A stretch of DNA of 64,000 nt, taken from an uncultured cyanobacterium. GTDB taxonomy: Bacteria > Cyanobacteriota > Cyanobacteriia > Pseudanabaenales > Pseudanabaenaceae. Location: contig OY969811.1 in NCBI GenBank assembly GCA_963703315.1, positions 2,560,001 to 2,624,000 on the forward strand, read 5' to 3'. Below, in pieces: positions 10,350-20,443 of the stretch (its first letter is position 1; each line of letters begins with the position of its first letter). The position numbers and the translations under genes were made by a program. The notes under the pieces were generated by a model that ran no database searches, was not told the origin of the DNA, and saw only the letters and a list, made by a program, of their open reading frames with translations.

Positions 10350-11066
10350 TTAAAAGAATAAATGGCTTTCAGGTTGAATGTTGATTTCCATCGGTACGGC
10401 TTGTGGATCGGCAGAGAGTGCAAACATAATTGCATTTGCCGCAGTTTCAGTTGTTAGCATCTTACTGCGATCGACTTTCAGACTGACATTATCCCAGAAT
10501 GGTGAATCAATTCCCCCAAAGTAAAAGAGAGTCACCTTAATTCCAAAGCGGCGCAATTCATCCGCCATACATTTGCTAAAACCGACGGCTCCAAATTTAG
10601 AAGCACAGTATGCTGCCGCCATTGCCATCGGATGTTTACCCAGAATCCCAATCACATTACAGATATGACCAATCTTGCGATCCTTCATCACATTAGCAAC
10701 TAACTGACTCGTATAAAAATTCCCCTTGAGATTAAGATCGAGCAGATAATCAAGTTCCTGTGGTTCAATGCGGTTAAATTGCTTGAGAACACCTGCACCT
10801 GCGGCATTCACCAAGACATCAATCTGTCCAAACTGCGCGATCGCCCGTTGTACCATTCCTTCAACTTGAGTGTATTTCGTAATATCGGTAGGAATAGCGA
10901 TCGCCTCAGCATCGTAAGCATCTTCGAGATTGTTAACCAGTTCTTCTAATTTATGGATATCTCTCGCTACAAGAACTAATTTTGCACCTGCTTCGGCTAA
11001 TTTTGGGATAAGTGCTGAACCGATCCCACCTGTTGCTCCGACAACGACAACAACTTTATTTTGCAT
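10350..11066 (-). CDS. SDR family oxidoreductase
   Basis: GATGGIG, NAAG, YCASK motifs. Confidence 0.92.
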   Translation of the reverse strand: MQNKVVVVVGATGGIGSALIPKLAEAGAKLVLVARDIHKLEELVNNLEDAYDAEAIAIPTDITKYTQVEGMVQRAIAQFGQIDVLVNAAGAGVLKQFNRIEPQELDYLLDLNLKGNFYTSQLVANVMKDRKIGHICNVIGILGKHPMAMAAAYCASKFGAVGFSKCMADELRRFGIKVTLFYFGGIDSPFWDNVSLKVDRSKMLTTETAANAIMFALSADPQAVPMEINIQPESHLFF

Positions 11067-11197
11067 CTTGTTTTGCTTTTTAAAAGTAAAGTATTTATGC
11101 TTGAATTTCTTTACAATACTTTATTTTTGTTTACATAACTATAAACCCCAATAGAGAGTTGCGCTGTAACTCTCTATTGGGGTTTATGCTTGCAATT

Positions 11198-11578
11198 TTA
11201 TGCAGCAATAGTTAGTGCTTCATGGGCTTCAATTTCAGAAGTATCTTCGCCAAATTCTTGAATTTCTGCTTCTTTAGCTGATGTTACTGTGAGTTTTAAG
11301 CCTAATCCTTTTAACCAATCCGCTAAACCATAGATTGCTTCTACACCTTGTTTTTGTAGGATTGTTTCGAGAGTTTCGGTATGCATTGCTAGTTGCTCTG
11401 GTGCAAGAGCTTCGGCAACATTGCTGAGGGCTAGTTTAAGTAGATTGGTTTCAATATCTAATGGTTCATGATCTTCAAGATGAACTTCGAGATAGACGGC
11501 GGCATAGTTAATATCTTGCAATTCTTTGATGTGATACTCATGATAGCTATCACTAGCTGGGGTTTGTCCGTTGTTCAT
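11198..11578 (-). CDS. Putative antitoxin (addiction module antidote-like)
   Basis: Overlaps toxin 3' end; YL...LE and LGLKLTV pattern; ATG 11578 preferred. Confidence 0.7.
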   Translation of the reverse strand: MNNGQTPASDSYHEYHIKELQDINYAAVYLEVHLEDHEPLDIETNLLKLALSNVAEALAPEQLAMHTETLETILQKQGVEAIYGLADWLKGLGLKLTVTSAKEAEIQEFGEDTSEIEAHEALTIAA

Positions 11579-11894
11579 AATCTCTCCAATATTCTTTTGC
11601 TTTACGAATATCTTTGTTTTGGCTACTTTTGTCACCACCGCATAACAGCAATATTACAACCGAACCAACTTGACCGAAATAAATGCGATAGCCGCCGCCA
11701 TAATCAATTCGCAATTCATACACACCATCACCCACAAATTTATAATCGCCTAAATTGCCTGTTTGTAAGCGATCAAGCCTTTGGCTGATCTTTGATTTTG
11801 CTCGCAGATCTCTAAGTGAAGCAGTCCATTCCAAAATCGGAATTTTGCCATCTGGTGTAATGTATCGGTTAATCTTTCTCGGTTGTGCGGTCAT
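11553..11894 (-). CDS. RelE/ParE-family toxin (addiction module killer type)
   Basis: GNLGDYK.VG.GVYELRI.YG.GYRIYF...LLCGGDKSSQ..DI. Confidence 0.9.
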   Translation of the reverse strand: MTAQPRKINRYITPDGKIPILEWTASLRDLRAKSKISQRLDRLQTGNLGDYKFVGDGVYELRIDYGGGYRIYFGQVGSVVILLLCGGDKSSQNKDIRKAKEYWRDYEQRTNPS

Positions 11895-12010
11895 TTATGA
11901 CTCTAATGATTTTGCCATTTTATATAGTTAACCTACTCGTCACGACAAAAAAAGTCAGAATAGCGGCTTCAAATTCCCAAAGAGTGCCATGCACTCTTTG
12001 GGATAATTAT

Positions 12011-12841
12011 TTAAACTCCGTTTTGCTTGAACCAAGCTGTTAGACATTTCCAAGCATCCTCAGCTTCTTGTTTGCGGTAAGCAGGACGATAATCGGCATG
12101 GAATGCATGGGGAGCTTCAGGATAAACCACAATCTCTGAGTTTGCACTACAGCCTTTAAGTTTCTCCCGCATTTGCTCAACCGTATCTAAAGGAATGCCC
12201 GTATCCTTACCACCATAAAGTCCTAGCACGGGAACTCGTAGACTCTGAGCAATATCAACAGGATGCTTTGGTGTGAGTTCTGTTGATTCGCCAACGAGTC
12301 TGCCATACCAAGCTACTCCTGCTTTCACTTGAGGATTGTGCGCTGCATAGAGCCATGTAATTCTACCGCCCCAACAGAAACCCGTAATCCCTAGTTTCTG
12401 AATATTACCTTTCGCGGATTTGGCTGCCCACTCTACAGTTGCATCAAGGTCAGCAAATACCTGAGCATCAGGAACCTTGCTCACAATCGGACGGATTTGA
12501 GCAATATCCGTTAGCTTTGACACATCACCTTGACGGTAAAACATTTCGGGGGCGATCGCCAGATATCCTAATTTGGCTAAACGGCGGCAGACATCTTGAA
12601 TATAAGCATGGACACCAAAAATTTCTTGGATTACTAAAATCACAGGAAAATTTGTGCCTTGATTGGGCATTGCTCGATAGGCAGGAATTGTGCCATCTTT
12701 AACAGGGATTTTTACTTCACCTGCAATCAGCCCCTTGCTATCAGTGGTAATAGTTTTGGCAGAAATTGGCTGCACAGCGATCGCAAATCCCGCCGTCAGA
12801 CTACTAACCGCAATAAATTCGCGTCTGGTAAGTTTGGACAT
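12011..12841 (-). CDS. Dienelactone hydrolase with Tat signal
   Basis: TRREFI, QEIFG, GFCWGG, HAF. Confidence 0.92.
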   Translation of the reverse strand: MSKLTRREFIAVSSLTAGFAIAVQPISAKTITTDSKGLIAGEVKIPVKDGTIPAYRAMPNQGTNFPVILVIQEIFGVHAYIQDVCRRLAKLGYLAIAPEMFYRQGDVSKLTDIAQIRPIVSKVPDAQVFADLDATVEWAAKSAKGNIQKLGITGFCWGGRITWLYAAHNPQVKAGVAWYGRLVGESTELTPKHPVDIAQSLRVPVLGLYGGKDTGIPLDTVEQMREKLKGCSANSEIVVYPEAPHAFHADYRPAYRKQEAEDAWKCLTAWFKQNGV

Positions 12842-13026
12842 TCAAGTTATCTCTCAAGGTTTTTCACAATATATAGCGCTTTGGATTGTTTCCCCGCCGA
12901 AGGCGGGGAAACAATCCTTTGTATCTCGCTTGCTTGAAAAGCGCCATATATATTGTGCCTATTCAAAACGAAAGTTGATGTGTTTACAGTAAATTAAAGG
13001 CTGACAAGCAAGACAACCGTAACTCA

Positions 13027-13776
13027 ATGCTAGATTTTTGGACAAAAACCAGTGGAACTTGGATTAATGTTTTAGCGATCGCCTTTGGTACATTCTTAGG
13101 ACTCATTCTGCGCGGAAGATTTCTTTCGCAAGTTTTGCCGATACTTAAACAGGCGATCGGGCTAATCACCATGTTTGTCAGCATTAACATGGCAAATAGC
13201 TTACTCAAAGTTAAAGCTGGTGCTTTGGATGGCATCATCCTATCGCTGCTTGCCTTAATCATTGGTGGGATCATTGGTGAGTTAACTCAGATTGAGAAAC
13301 ATCTAGAATCTCTTGGTGATTGGCTAAAAGCCAAATTTAAGGGAAAGGGTAAATTTACTGAAGGTTTTGTGGCGGCGAGCCTTTTGTTTTGCATTGGTCC
13401 CATGGCGATTATTGGTAGCCTCAATAACGGACTGATCGGCGATAACAATCTCTTGGCTCTCAAATCTTCGCTTGATGGATTTATTTCCATTGTGTTTGCG
13501 AGTACCTATGGGATCGGTGTAGGATTCTCGGCTCTACCTGTAGCAATTTATCAAGGCAGTTTGTCACTTTTAGCAGGCAATCTCTCGCAAAGCCTCCCCG
13601 ATCCAGTGAATGCTCAACCAGTCCTGATCATTACAGGAGTTGGTGGCTTGATGCTGTTGGGTCTCGGTTTAAATTTATTAGAGTTAGCGAAAGTACGAGT
13701 CGCCTCCTTTCTCCCCGCCTTAGCGATCGCGCCTTTAGTCTATTGGCTAGCCACCATCCTCACGAAGAACCTATAA
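13027..13776 (+). CDS. DUF554 membrane protein
   Basis: GT.IN, LFCIGPM.I.GS, KS.LDG, GIGV.FS. Confidence 0.88.
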   Translation: MLDFWTKTSGTWINVLAIAFGTFLGLILRGRFLSQVLPILKQAIGLITMFVSINMANSLLKVKAGALDGIILSLLALIIGGIIGELTQIEKHLESLGDWLKAKFKGKGKFTEGFVAASLLFCIGPMAIIGSLNNGLIGDNNLLALKSSLDGFISIVFASTYGIGVGFSALPVAIYQGSLSLLAGNLSQSLPDPVNAQPVLIITGVGGLMLLGLGLNLLELAKVRVASFLPALAIAPLVYWLATILTKNL

Positions 13777-14763
13777 CAATGCTCCACCGCAACTAGAGCC
13801 ACTCCCTGCGGTGCAACCATAGCAATAGTCAGCCGTTTGAATTTCTTGAATGATATCTAAAGTTCCATATTCGAGGATTTTCGCAACGGTAAGCAATTCA
13901 CCATCAAGCGATCGCGCTGGAAGATTTTCCATTTGATTAAAATCGCAATCATAGATATTACCTTGATAGTCCACCGAAAGCTGATTACGACACATCAAGT
14001 GTTCAAGGGTGATGGAATTAAAATGCGTTTCCAAAAAAGACGTATATTCTTCTTCTAGTTTACGATGTTGCAAATGGAACTTACTTCTGCCGATGGGAAG
14101 ATTGGTAATTGTAAAGAGGTTATTAAATACGATGCCAAAATGCTCTTGTAAATGGGCTTTGTAGGCTACTTGTAATCCCTCTTGATTAGGCGCAAGGGAA
14201 AATTTATGAGAAGTAGGAAGTTGAGGATTGTATACCAAATCTAAAACTAACTGGGGATTACTACCATAACCTAATCGATTTAGCCATTGCAGCGCTTGAA
14301 CTGACTGATCAAATACTCCTTTACCACGCATCTTGTCCACATTGTCTTCAAGATAACAGGGTAATGAAGCGACAACCCGCACTTGGTGCTGAGCAAAGAA
14401 TTCGGGAATATCTTCATAGCCTCGCTCAAAATAAATTGTCAAATTAGAACGAGCGATCGCTTCTTTACCTTGTTCTCTCGCCGCTTGAATCAATGGACGG
14501 AATCCATACAGCATCTCTGGCGCTCCCCCCGTGAGATCCACCGTCTGAATTTGCGGAAATCGTTGAATTATATCGATTAGTTGCTGACAAACCTCGGTCG
14601 ATAACTCCTCTGTACGATGGGGACTTGCCTCCACATGACAATGACTACAAGCTAGATTGCAGATCCTGCCCAAATTAATCTGCAATACCGAAATATTATG
14701 TTTTATAAGGGGGGCTTGCAGTTTTTGAGAAAATGGCGTAACCGCGATCGAAGGAACTGACAT
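13771..14763 (-). CDS. arsS: Radical SAM protein, arsenosugar biosynthesis ArsS family (DUF3641 C-terminus)
   Basis: CNLACSHC, DLTGGAPE, CYGCTAGSGSSCGGAL. Confidence 0.85.
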   Translation of the reverse strand: MSVPSIAVTPFSQKLQAPLIKHNISVLQINLGRICNLACSHCHVEASPHRTEELSTEVCQQLIDIIQRFPQIQTVDLTGGAPEMLYGFRPLIQAAREQGKEAIARSNLTIYFERGYEDIPEFFAQHQVRVVASLPCYLEDNVDKMRGKGVFDQSVQALQWLNRLGYGSNPQLVLDLVYNPQLPTSHKFSLAPNQEGLQVAYKAHLQEHFGIVFNNLFTITNLPIGRSKFHLQHRKLEEEYTSFLETHFNSITLEHLMCRNQLSVDYQGNIYDCDFNQMENLPARSLDGELLTVAKILEYGTLDIIQEIQTADYCYGCTAGSGSSCGGALL

Positions 14764-14791
14764 ATATAGACAATCCAAGTCAACTTCCCAT

Positions 14792-15223
14792 TTATTTTGC
14801 CATAAACTCAATCACAATCCCTTGAATTGACTTAATCACTTCTTCATATTCCTCAGTTAGCGCTTTCAAAAGTTGCGGTGTAATTGTTAGATTTCCTGTT
14901 GTACAAACTTGTTCAAAATACTTACACAAGTATGACAATCGCATTGCCCCGATACTAGCACTAGTTGATTTGAGCGAATGGGATGCGAGACCAACTTTGT
15001 GAGCATCTTGACTCTCAAACGCTAGCTGAATTTCCTCAAGCAAATTTTCAGCAGAACTAAGATATATTGTCACTAAGTCAGAGAATACAAGATCATCCTC
15101 AATTGATTCTCGTAAACCTTGAAATGTATCAATATCAATAGTTTGCAAATTCACAAATTCTGGATATTTTTTAACTATTTCTGATATATCAGCGATCGCC
15201 TTAGATTGGATAGTCTCAAGCAT
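14792..15223 (-). CDS. Stand-alone Hpt phosphotransfer protein
   Basis: SHSLKSTSASIGA. Confidence 0.85.
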   Translation of the reverse strand: MLETIQSKAIADISEIVKKYPEFVNLQTIDIDTFQGLRESIEDDLVFSDLVTIYLSSAENLLEEIQLAFESQDAHKVGLASHSLKSTSASIGAMRLSYLCKYFEQVCTTGNLTITPQLLKALTEEYEEVIKSIQGIVIEFMAK

Positions 15224-15313
15224 AGTCGTAATCCTATTCCTAGAGGTTTATCTATTTAATACCAAAACTAAAAATGGCATAGCCATTTTTAGTTTTAAAA
15301 ACTCTGACTGGGT

Positions 15314-15465
15314 TAGGACTTACGCAGTAGCCCTGCAATAAATTGCGGGCTGAAAGCTTAAACCCGTTGAAACGGATTGAGTCAGAGTAACCTTTTTAGT
15401 CTGCTAAAGCAGACTTTAGCTTTAAGCCAAGAACTTGAGTTCTTGGTTAGTTTGCGTCAGTCCTA
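15314..15465. mobile_element. MITE (TAGGACTTACGCA-type TIR) with 5-bp TSD TGGGT
   Basis: 13-bp terminal IRs; TGGGT at 15309-15313 and 15466-15470. Confidence 0.8.
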
Positions 15466-15615
15466 TGGGTTTAGGTTTTAATCCACAAAAGTGTTGTCAC
15501 ACTTTTGTGGATTGGTATAAGACTTACGCGGAATGGCGAAACTTAGGGATAATTCATGAATTGCCCCTACCCTGAAATCAGGTTTTCGAGACATTTTTGC
15601 GTAAGGTCTAACTAC

Positions 15616-16800
15616 TTATAGTTTCAGTTTACGCAAATTATTGACCGCTAATGCAATCGTGCTATCTTTCTTTGCAAAGCAGAATCTCAAACCATTTACT
15701 TGTTGGCGATCGGGCTGACTAAAGCAAGTTCCTGGAACAGCCGCAACTAAAGCTTCCTTGGCTAGTCGAAATGCCGCAGTTTCTGCATCCTGTGCGATCG
15801 CCGAACTATCCGTCCAGATGTAGTATGCGCCTTTAGGAAGTACTGGTGATAAGCCCAATTCGACTAAGGCAGGATAGAGCAGATCGCGCTTACGTTTGTA
15901 ATCTAATGCCATATTTGTGAAATATTCACGTCCAAACTGCATGGCGGTAAGGGCGGCGTGTTGCAAAGGTGCAGGGGCGCAAATGGTAATAAAGTCATGA
16001 ATTCTTCGCATGGCAGCAGTTAATTCGGGATTTGCCACTGTGTAGCCCAAGCGCCAGCCTGTAATACAAAAGGTTTTCGAGAAGCCATTCACTACAATCG
16101 TGCGATCGCGCATTCCCTCAATGCTCATCAGGCTAATATGCTCTTCTTCATAAATGATGTATTCGTAAATTTCATCAGTAATTGCATAAACATCATACTG
16201 CTGACAGAGTTTGGTGATTAGTTCCAATTCTGTTCTTGTCCATACTTTACCTGTGGGATTAGCAGGGCTATTGATGATCACCGCCTTAATCCCTTTCTTA
16301 AAAGCAGGTTCAAGGATTTCTTGCGTGATTTCCCACTGCGGTGGTTGCAAAGTAATGAATTCAGGGATACCGCCAACAGTAGCCAAATTGGGAATGTAGT
16401 TTTCGTAGAATGGCTCAAAAATTAAAACGCGATCGCCTTGATCAATCAATGACATCAAGGCAATATTTAGCCCTTCCGTTGCGCCGCAACATACCGTAAC
16501 TTCAGTTTCGGGATCAACGGTAATCTGGTTATCGCGTTGCATTTTGTCAGCGATCGCCCATCGTAACTTGTCCCAGCCCCAACTATCTGCATATTGATTA
16601 AAATCTGATGCGATCGCGGCTCTTGCAGACTCTTTGAGAGCTTCTGGTGCAGGGAAATCGGGCAATCCTTGGGCGAGATTAATAGCTCCAAACTTTTCAC
16701 AATAACGGGAGGCTTCACGAATTTGTGATTCTTTAATTTGAATGGCACGTTGGGATAGCGAAACAGTAGTCAAGGGAAATATCTCTAAGCTTAGGTACAA
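15616..16800 (-). CDS. PLP-dependent aminotransferase class I/II
   Basis: NLAQGLPD, NSPANPTG, DEIY, SKTF..TGWRLG; start uncertain. Confidence 0.9.
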   Translation of the reverse strand: MYLSLEIFPLTTVSLSQRAIQIKESQIREASRYCEKFGAINLAQGLPDFPAPEALKESARAAIASDFNQYADSWGWDKLRWAIADKMQRDNQITVDPETEVTVCCGATEGLNIALMSLIDQGDRVLIFEPFYENYIPNLATVGGIPEFITLQPPQWEITQEILEPAFKKGIKAVIINSPANPTGKVWTRTELELITKLCQQYDVYAITDEIYEYIIYEEEHISLMSIEGMRDRTIVVNGFSKTFCITGWRLGYTVANPELTAAMRRIHDFITICAPAPLQHAALTAMQFGREYFTNMALDYKRKRDLLYPALVELGLSPVLPKGAYYIWTDSSAIAQDAETAAFRLAKEALVAAVPGTCFSQPDRQQVNGLRFCFAKKDSTIALAVNNLRKLKL

Positions 16801-16888
16801 AACGCCTACGGCGCTGCATATAATATAGCAATAAGCCTTTATCCATTGATATAGCAGTTTTCATTTTGCCTACGGCAAAATGCATAAG

Positions 16889-17050
16889 TTACCAGATTCT
16901 CGGTTGTAAATTTCGACTATTGGCAATAATGACAGAATCTCCTGCGGGTTCAATTAGAAATAGTCCTTCTTGGGTAGCATATTCATCGGCTTTTTCATCG
17001 ATTTTTATTCCTGCTACGGCTCCATAAACTTTATAGTTTTGGGTAAGAAA
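16889..17050 (-). pseudogene. C-terminal remnant of a DUF3782-like / PD-(D/E)XK protein
   Basis: Manual translation YKVYGAVAGIKIDEKADEYATQEGLFLIEPAGDSVIIANSRNLQPRIW*, with no start. Confidence 0.65.
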
Positions 17051-17851
17051 TCAATGGGTTGAATCGAAGACCTCAATCTCTATTAAATCTCTTAAAAAGT
17101 CCACGAAAGATTGAATTTTAGGGAGCTGAGCAGTATTGTCACTAATCCATTTGTCATCAGAAATACTTGTGGTATTGGTTTTACCAGGTTTAAGAACACT
17201 TGCTACTGTTGCTATAGTTGCCTTATCTTTGTCAAATCTCTTCCACTTTATCTCAGAGAACTGATTGATATAATCCTTAGCTCTTTGCATATAAACAGGA
17301 TAGGCAACCTCGCCGCACTCACAAATCAAAGTATCTAATACACCCTGATCTGAATTGTTTGGCAGTATGTATAGTCCTAAATTCGGTGAACCTTTCACTA
17401 CAGTGCCAGCCTGATCGGGAAAGTTCGGGAAATATTCTTTTAATTTATCGCAATATGTTTTAGCTATTTTATCAGGAGCATCTTTGTCAGCATCTAGAAC
17501 AATTCCAAAACCTGCAAAAGCCTCAGGATCAATATTTGATAGAGCATCACTTATGTTTTGAAGAACGCTATTATCTTCTCCAATCAAGTGTTGGATTAGG
17601 TTACTACCTTCCCCAACATAGATAGCTATTGACAAATCATCAGTATTCAAAATAGTTGGCATATTCAGCCTTGTGTAATACTTTTTTGTCTTTCTAGGAT
17701 TGTAAGAAGGAACAAGTGCTTGCCATAAAGATTCTAGTGGTTCTATTTCCTGATCCCAAGGAAAAAAATTTAGTAATTTACGAAAAACTCTTGCTACAAA
17801 GGCTTGGTCATGGTTACCCTCAACCACTAACAAAACACATCGCCGATTCAT
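17051..17851 (-). CDS. TOPRIM-like DUF3226-type protein
   Basis: LVVEG..D and IVLDAD motifs; coupled to upstream ATPase. Confidence 0.75.
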   Translation of the reverse strand: MNRRCVLLVVEGNHDQAFVARVFRKLLNFFPWDQEIEPLESLWQALVPSYNPRKTKKYYTRLNMPTILNTDDLSIAIYVGEGSNLIQHLIGEDNSVLQNISDALSNIDPEAFAGFGIVLDADKDAPDKIAKTYCDKLKEYFPNFPDQAGTVVKGSPNLGLYILPNNSDQGVLDTLICECGEVAYPVYMQRAKDYINQFSEIKWKRFDKDKATIATVASVLKPGKTNTTSISDDKWISDNTAQLPKIQSFVDFLRDLIEIEVFDSTH

Positions 17852-19017
17852 TAACGAACCTCCATACCCAAATTTTCTCTAAGACGCTTCAATCTACTCC
17901 AATCATGTCGGACAACTTTTGTTTTTGTCTCTTTGGATTCAAGTCTGTAAAGCACTAAATCTGATGGGTTTTCATTTACAGCCAATAAAGCATCAACAGC
18001 CTCAAGGCTATGGGTAGTTGCAAAGATTTGTACATTCATTTCTTTGCTCCATTTGGCTAACCATTGAAAAGAATTTTGTAGGGCTTCAGTGTGAATAGTT
18101 GATTCGAGTTCATCAATTAGTAAAACACCACCTTTTACACTAGCAAGTTTCAGAGCAATATGAAGTAATCGACGGACACCATCACCAAATGCACTAATAG
18201 GAGTAAGTCCCAGATTTTTATGTTCAATATAAATATTGAAACGAGAAGAATTTGATTCAGGAGATAAGAGGATCGTTACATCAGATATATTTTGATCCAT
18301 CTGACTCAATAAATCTAAAACATCAGACTTAAAATCATGAAAATGAGCTTCGGAAAGCAAGCGAATTTGTCCAATATTTGAACGATATGAAGTTGGCGTA
18401 ACAATAGAAACAAGCAATCTAGGCTCTCTTTTGGCTGGTATTCGTTTAGATAAATTATTTTCCCAAAGATGATAGACTTCAGTGAAATCGGGAACCTCAC
18501 TACCAAACAGATCAAACAGTTGAGGCTGACTATCGTATAGTTCAATTCTTAAATCTAGTCCTTTTCGTATTTCTAAATTATCTTCGTCTCCAATAATTTG
18601 TTCATCTTCATCTTCACTAATCTGTTCGTCCATAAAAATGAATTGCTTTTTTCTTTCAGGAAGAAACATCTCCTCAATATCATCGTACATTGCTTTCATT
18701 TTTTTAATCGCAAATGAACCATTTCCAGATATAAGGATAGTACCTGTGTGAGCTTTTTCTTTATTAAACAGCCATCTTAGGGCATCAAGTTGTGGGGTAC
18801 GAGCATTACTATAAACATCCTCTCTTTGTCTTGCAGTGATGAGCCAAGTTCTTATGTCTAAAGGATCACAATAAATTGATAGAGCTTCAAGAACACTAGT
18901 TTTTCCTGAATTATTATCACCAACAAGCAAATTAATTTGTCCGAGGTCTTTTAATTCCAGTTCTTTTAGACCTCGGAATTGATGAATTGTGATGTTTTCT
19001 AGATTTCTAGTAGTCAT
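17851..19017 (-). CDS. ABC-type AAA_15/AAA_21 ATPase
   Basis: FRGL, GDNNSGKT, FGDG, LLIDE, TTHS. Confidence 0.88.
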   Translation of the reverse strand: MTTRNLENITIHQFRGLKELELKDLGQINLLVGDNNSGKTSVLEALSIYCDPLDIRTWLITARQREDVYSNARTPQLDALRWLFNKEKAHTGTILISGNGSFAIKKMKAMYDDIEEMFLPERKKQFIFMDEQISEDEDEQIIGDEDNLEIRKGLDLRIELYDSQPQLFDLFGSEVPDFTEVYHLWENNLSKRIPAKREPRLLVSIVTPTSYRSNIGQIRLLSEAHFHDFKSDVLDLLSQMDQNISDVTILLSPESNSSRFNIYIEHKNLGLTPISAFGDGVRRLLHIALKLASVKGGVLLIDELESTIHTEALQNSFQWLAKWSKEMNVQIFATTHSLEAVDALLAVNENPSDLVLYRLESKETKTKVVRHDWSRLKRLRENLGMEVR

Positions 19018-19050
19018 TGGCTTATTTTAATGCAGCAAGACTTTTCTAAC

Positions 19051-20415
19051 TTATATCTTTTTGAGAAAGGCGATCGCCTCAACATGAGAGGTCTGTGGGA
19101 AGAAATCAATGGGTTGAAGACGGGTGAGTTGATAGCGATCGCCTTCGCATAATAATTTTAAATCTCTGGCTTGGGTGGCGGGATTACAACTGACATAGAC
19201 AAGGCGATCGGGAGCAGCCTCACGCAGATAGTTAATTACTTCGGGTTCGCAACCTTTGCGGGGTGGATCGAGGATGACGATATCGGGCTGTAAATTGAGG
19301 GTACTGATTAGCTCTTCGACTTTGCCCGTATGGAACACCACATTATCAATACCATTGAGTTCTGCGGTAAGCTTACCCTGTGCTGTTGCCTGAGGTTGAA
19401 CTTCGATCGCAATTACCTGTTTGACCTGTTCAGCTAGTGGCAAAGCGATCGTGCCAATCCCTGCGTAAGCATCTACGAGAACTTCTATGCCTTCTAATTC
19501 CAATTCTGATTCGATAATATTGAGCATCTTCTCTGCTTGCTCTGTATAGACCTGAAAGAAGGTATCGCCACGGAGACGGAAGGTTAAGCCCGCAAATTTT
19601 TCTAAGAGATAATCTTTACCCGCAATACAACGGCTTTCGCGACCGAAGATTGCATTAGTTTTATCAGGGTTGCAATTGAGGATTACACCCACAACCTTGT
19701 CGTAGCGCTCTAGCCATGTCTGAGCAAACACTCCTAAATTCGGTACGTCCCAATCACGGGTGACTAGCGTAATCAAAATTTCGCCCGTATGTCTGCCGAT
19801 ACGCAGTCCTAAATGGCGCAGTAAACCTGTGTGGGTTTTCTCATCATAGATTTCCCAACATTGGTTATGGATATCCATTTTTAGCTCTGCCAACATCGGA
19901 TCGAGGCGTTCATCTTGAGCAGGGCATTGATTGAGATTGACAATTTTATGGCTTCCCTTTTGGTAATATCCTGCTTTGAGGTTGCCATCTCGACCAGTGG
20001 CAAGGGGATAGGTAACTTTATTGCGATAGTGCAAGCTATCCTTTGCGCCAACGATAGGAGAGATTAGTTCTTCTAAAAGGTCAGCATCAAAGCCGCCGAT
20101 CCTTTGTAATGCTTGAAGAACGATGTTTTGTTTGGTTCTCAATTGGGCGGGATAGCTGACGGCTTGCCACTGACAACCGCCACATTTGTCAGCAACGATG
20201 CAGCTAGGACGGACGCGATCGCTTGATGGCGTAAGAATCTTCTCAATGCTGGCATGGGCAAAATTCTTTTTCACAAACTCTAGCTTGGCGGCAATGCGAT
20301 CGCCAGGGACAGTATTAGGGACAAAGATGGCGATATTTTCATAACGTCCCACGCCATCGCCACTATCAGCGAGGTCATCAATGGTGAGCGTAATTTTTTG
20401 TCCCTGTTGCAGCAT
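19051..20415 (-). CDS. rlmD: 23S rRNA (uracil-C5)-methyltransferase RlmD
   Basis: TRAM N-terminus, C...CGGC, FFQV, LDPPRKG, YVSCNP, FPQT.HVE. Confidence 0.93.
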   Translation of the reverse strand: MLQQGQKITLTIDDLADSGDGVGRYENIAIFVPNTVPGDRIAAKLEFVKKNFAHASIEKILTPSSDRVRPSCIVADKCGGCQWQAVSYPAQLRTKQNIVLQALQRIGGFDADLLEELISPIVGAKDSLHYRNKVTYPLATGRDGNLKAGYYQKGSHKIVNLNQCPAQDERLDPMLAELKMDIHNQCWEIYDEKTHTGLLRHLGLRIGRHTGEILITLVTRDWDVPNLGVFAQTWLERYDKVVGVILNCNPDKTNAIFGRESRCIAGKDYLLEKFAGLTFRLRGDTFFQVYTEQAEKMLNIIESELELEGIEVLVDAYAGIGTIALPLAEQVKQVIAIEVQPQATAQGKLTAELNGIDNVVFHTGKVEELISTLNLQPDIVILDPPRKGCEPEVINYLREAAPDRLVYVSCNPATQARDLKLLCEGDRYQLTRLQPIDFFPQTSHVEAIAFLKKI

Positions 20416-20443
20416 GGTTTCCTAGATTATATGATTTATAGCT

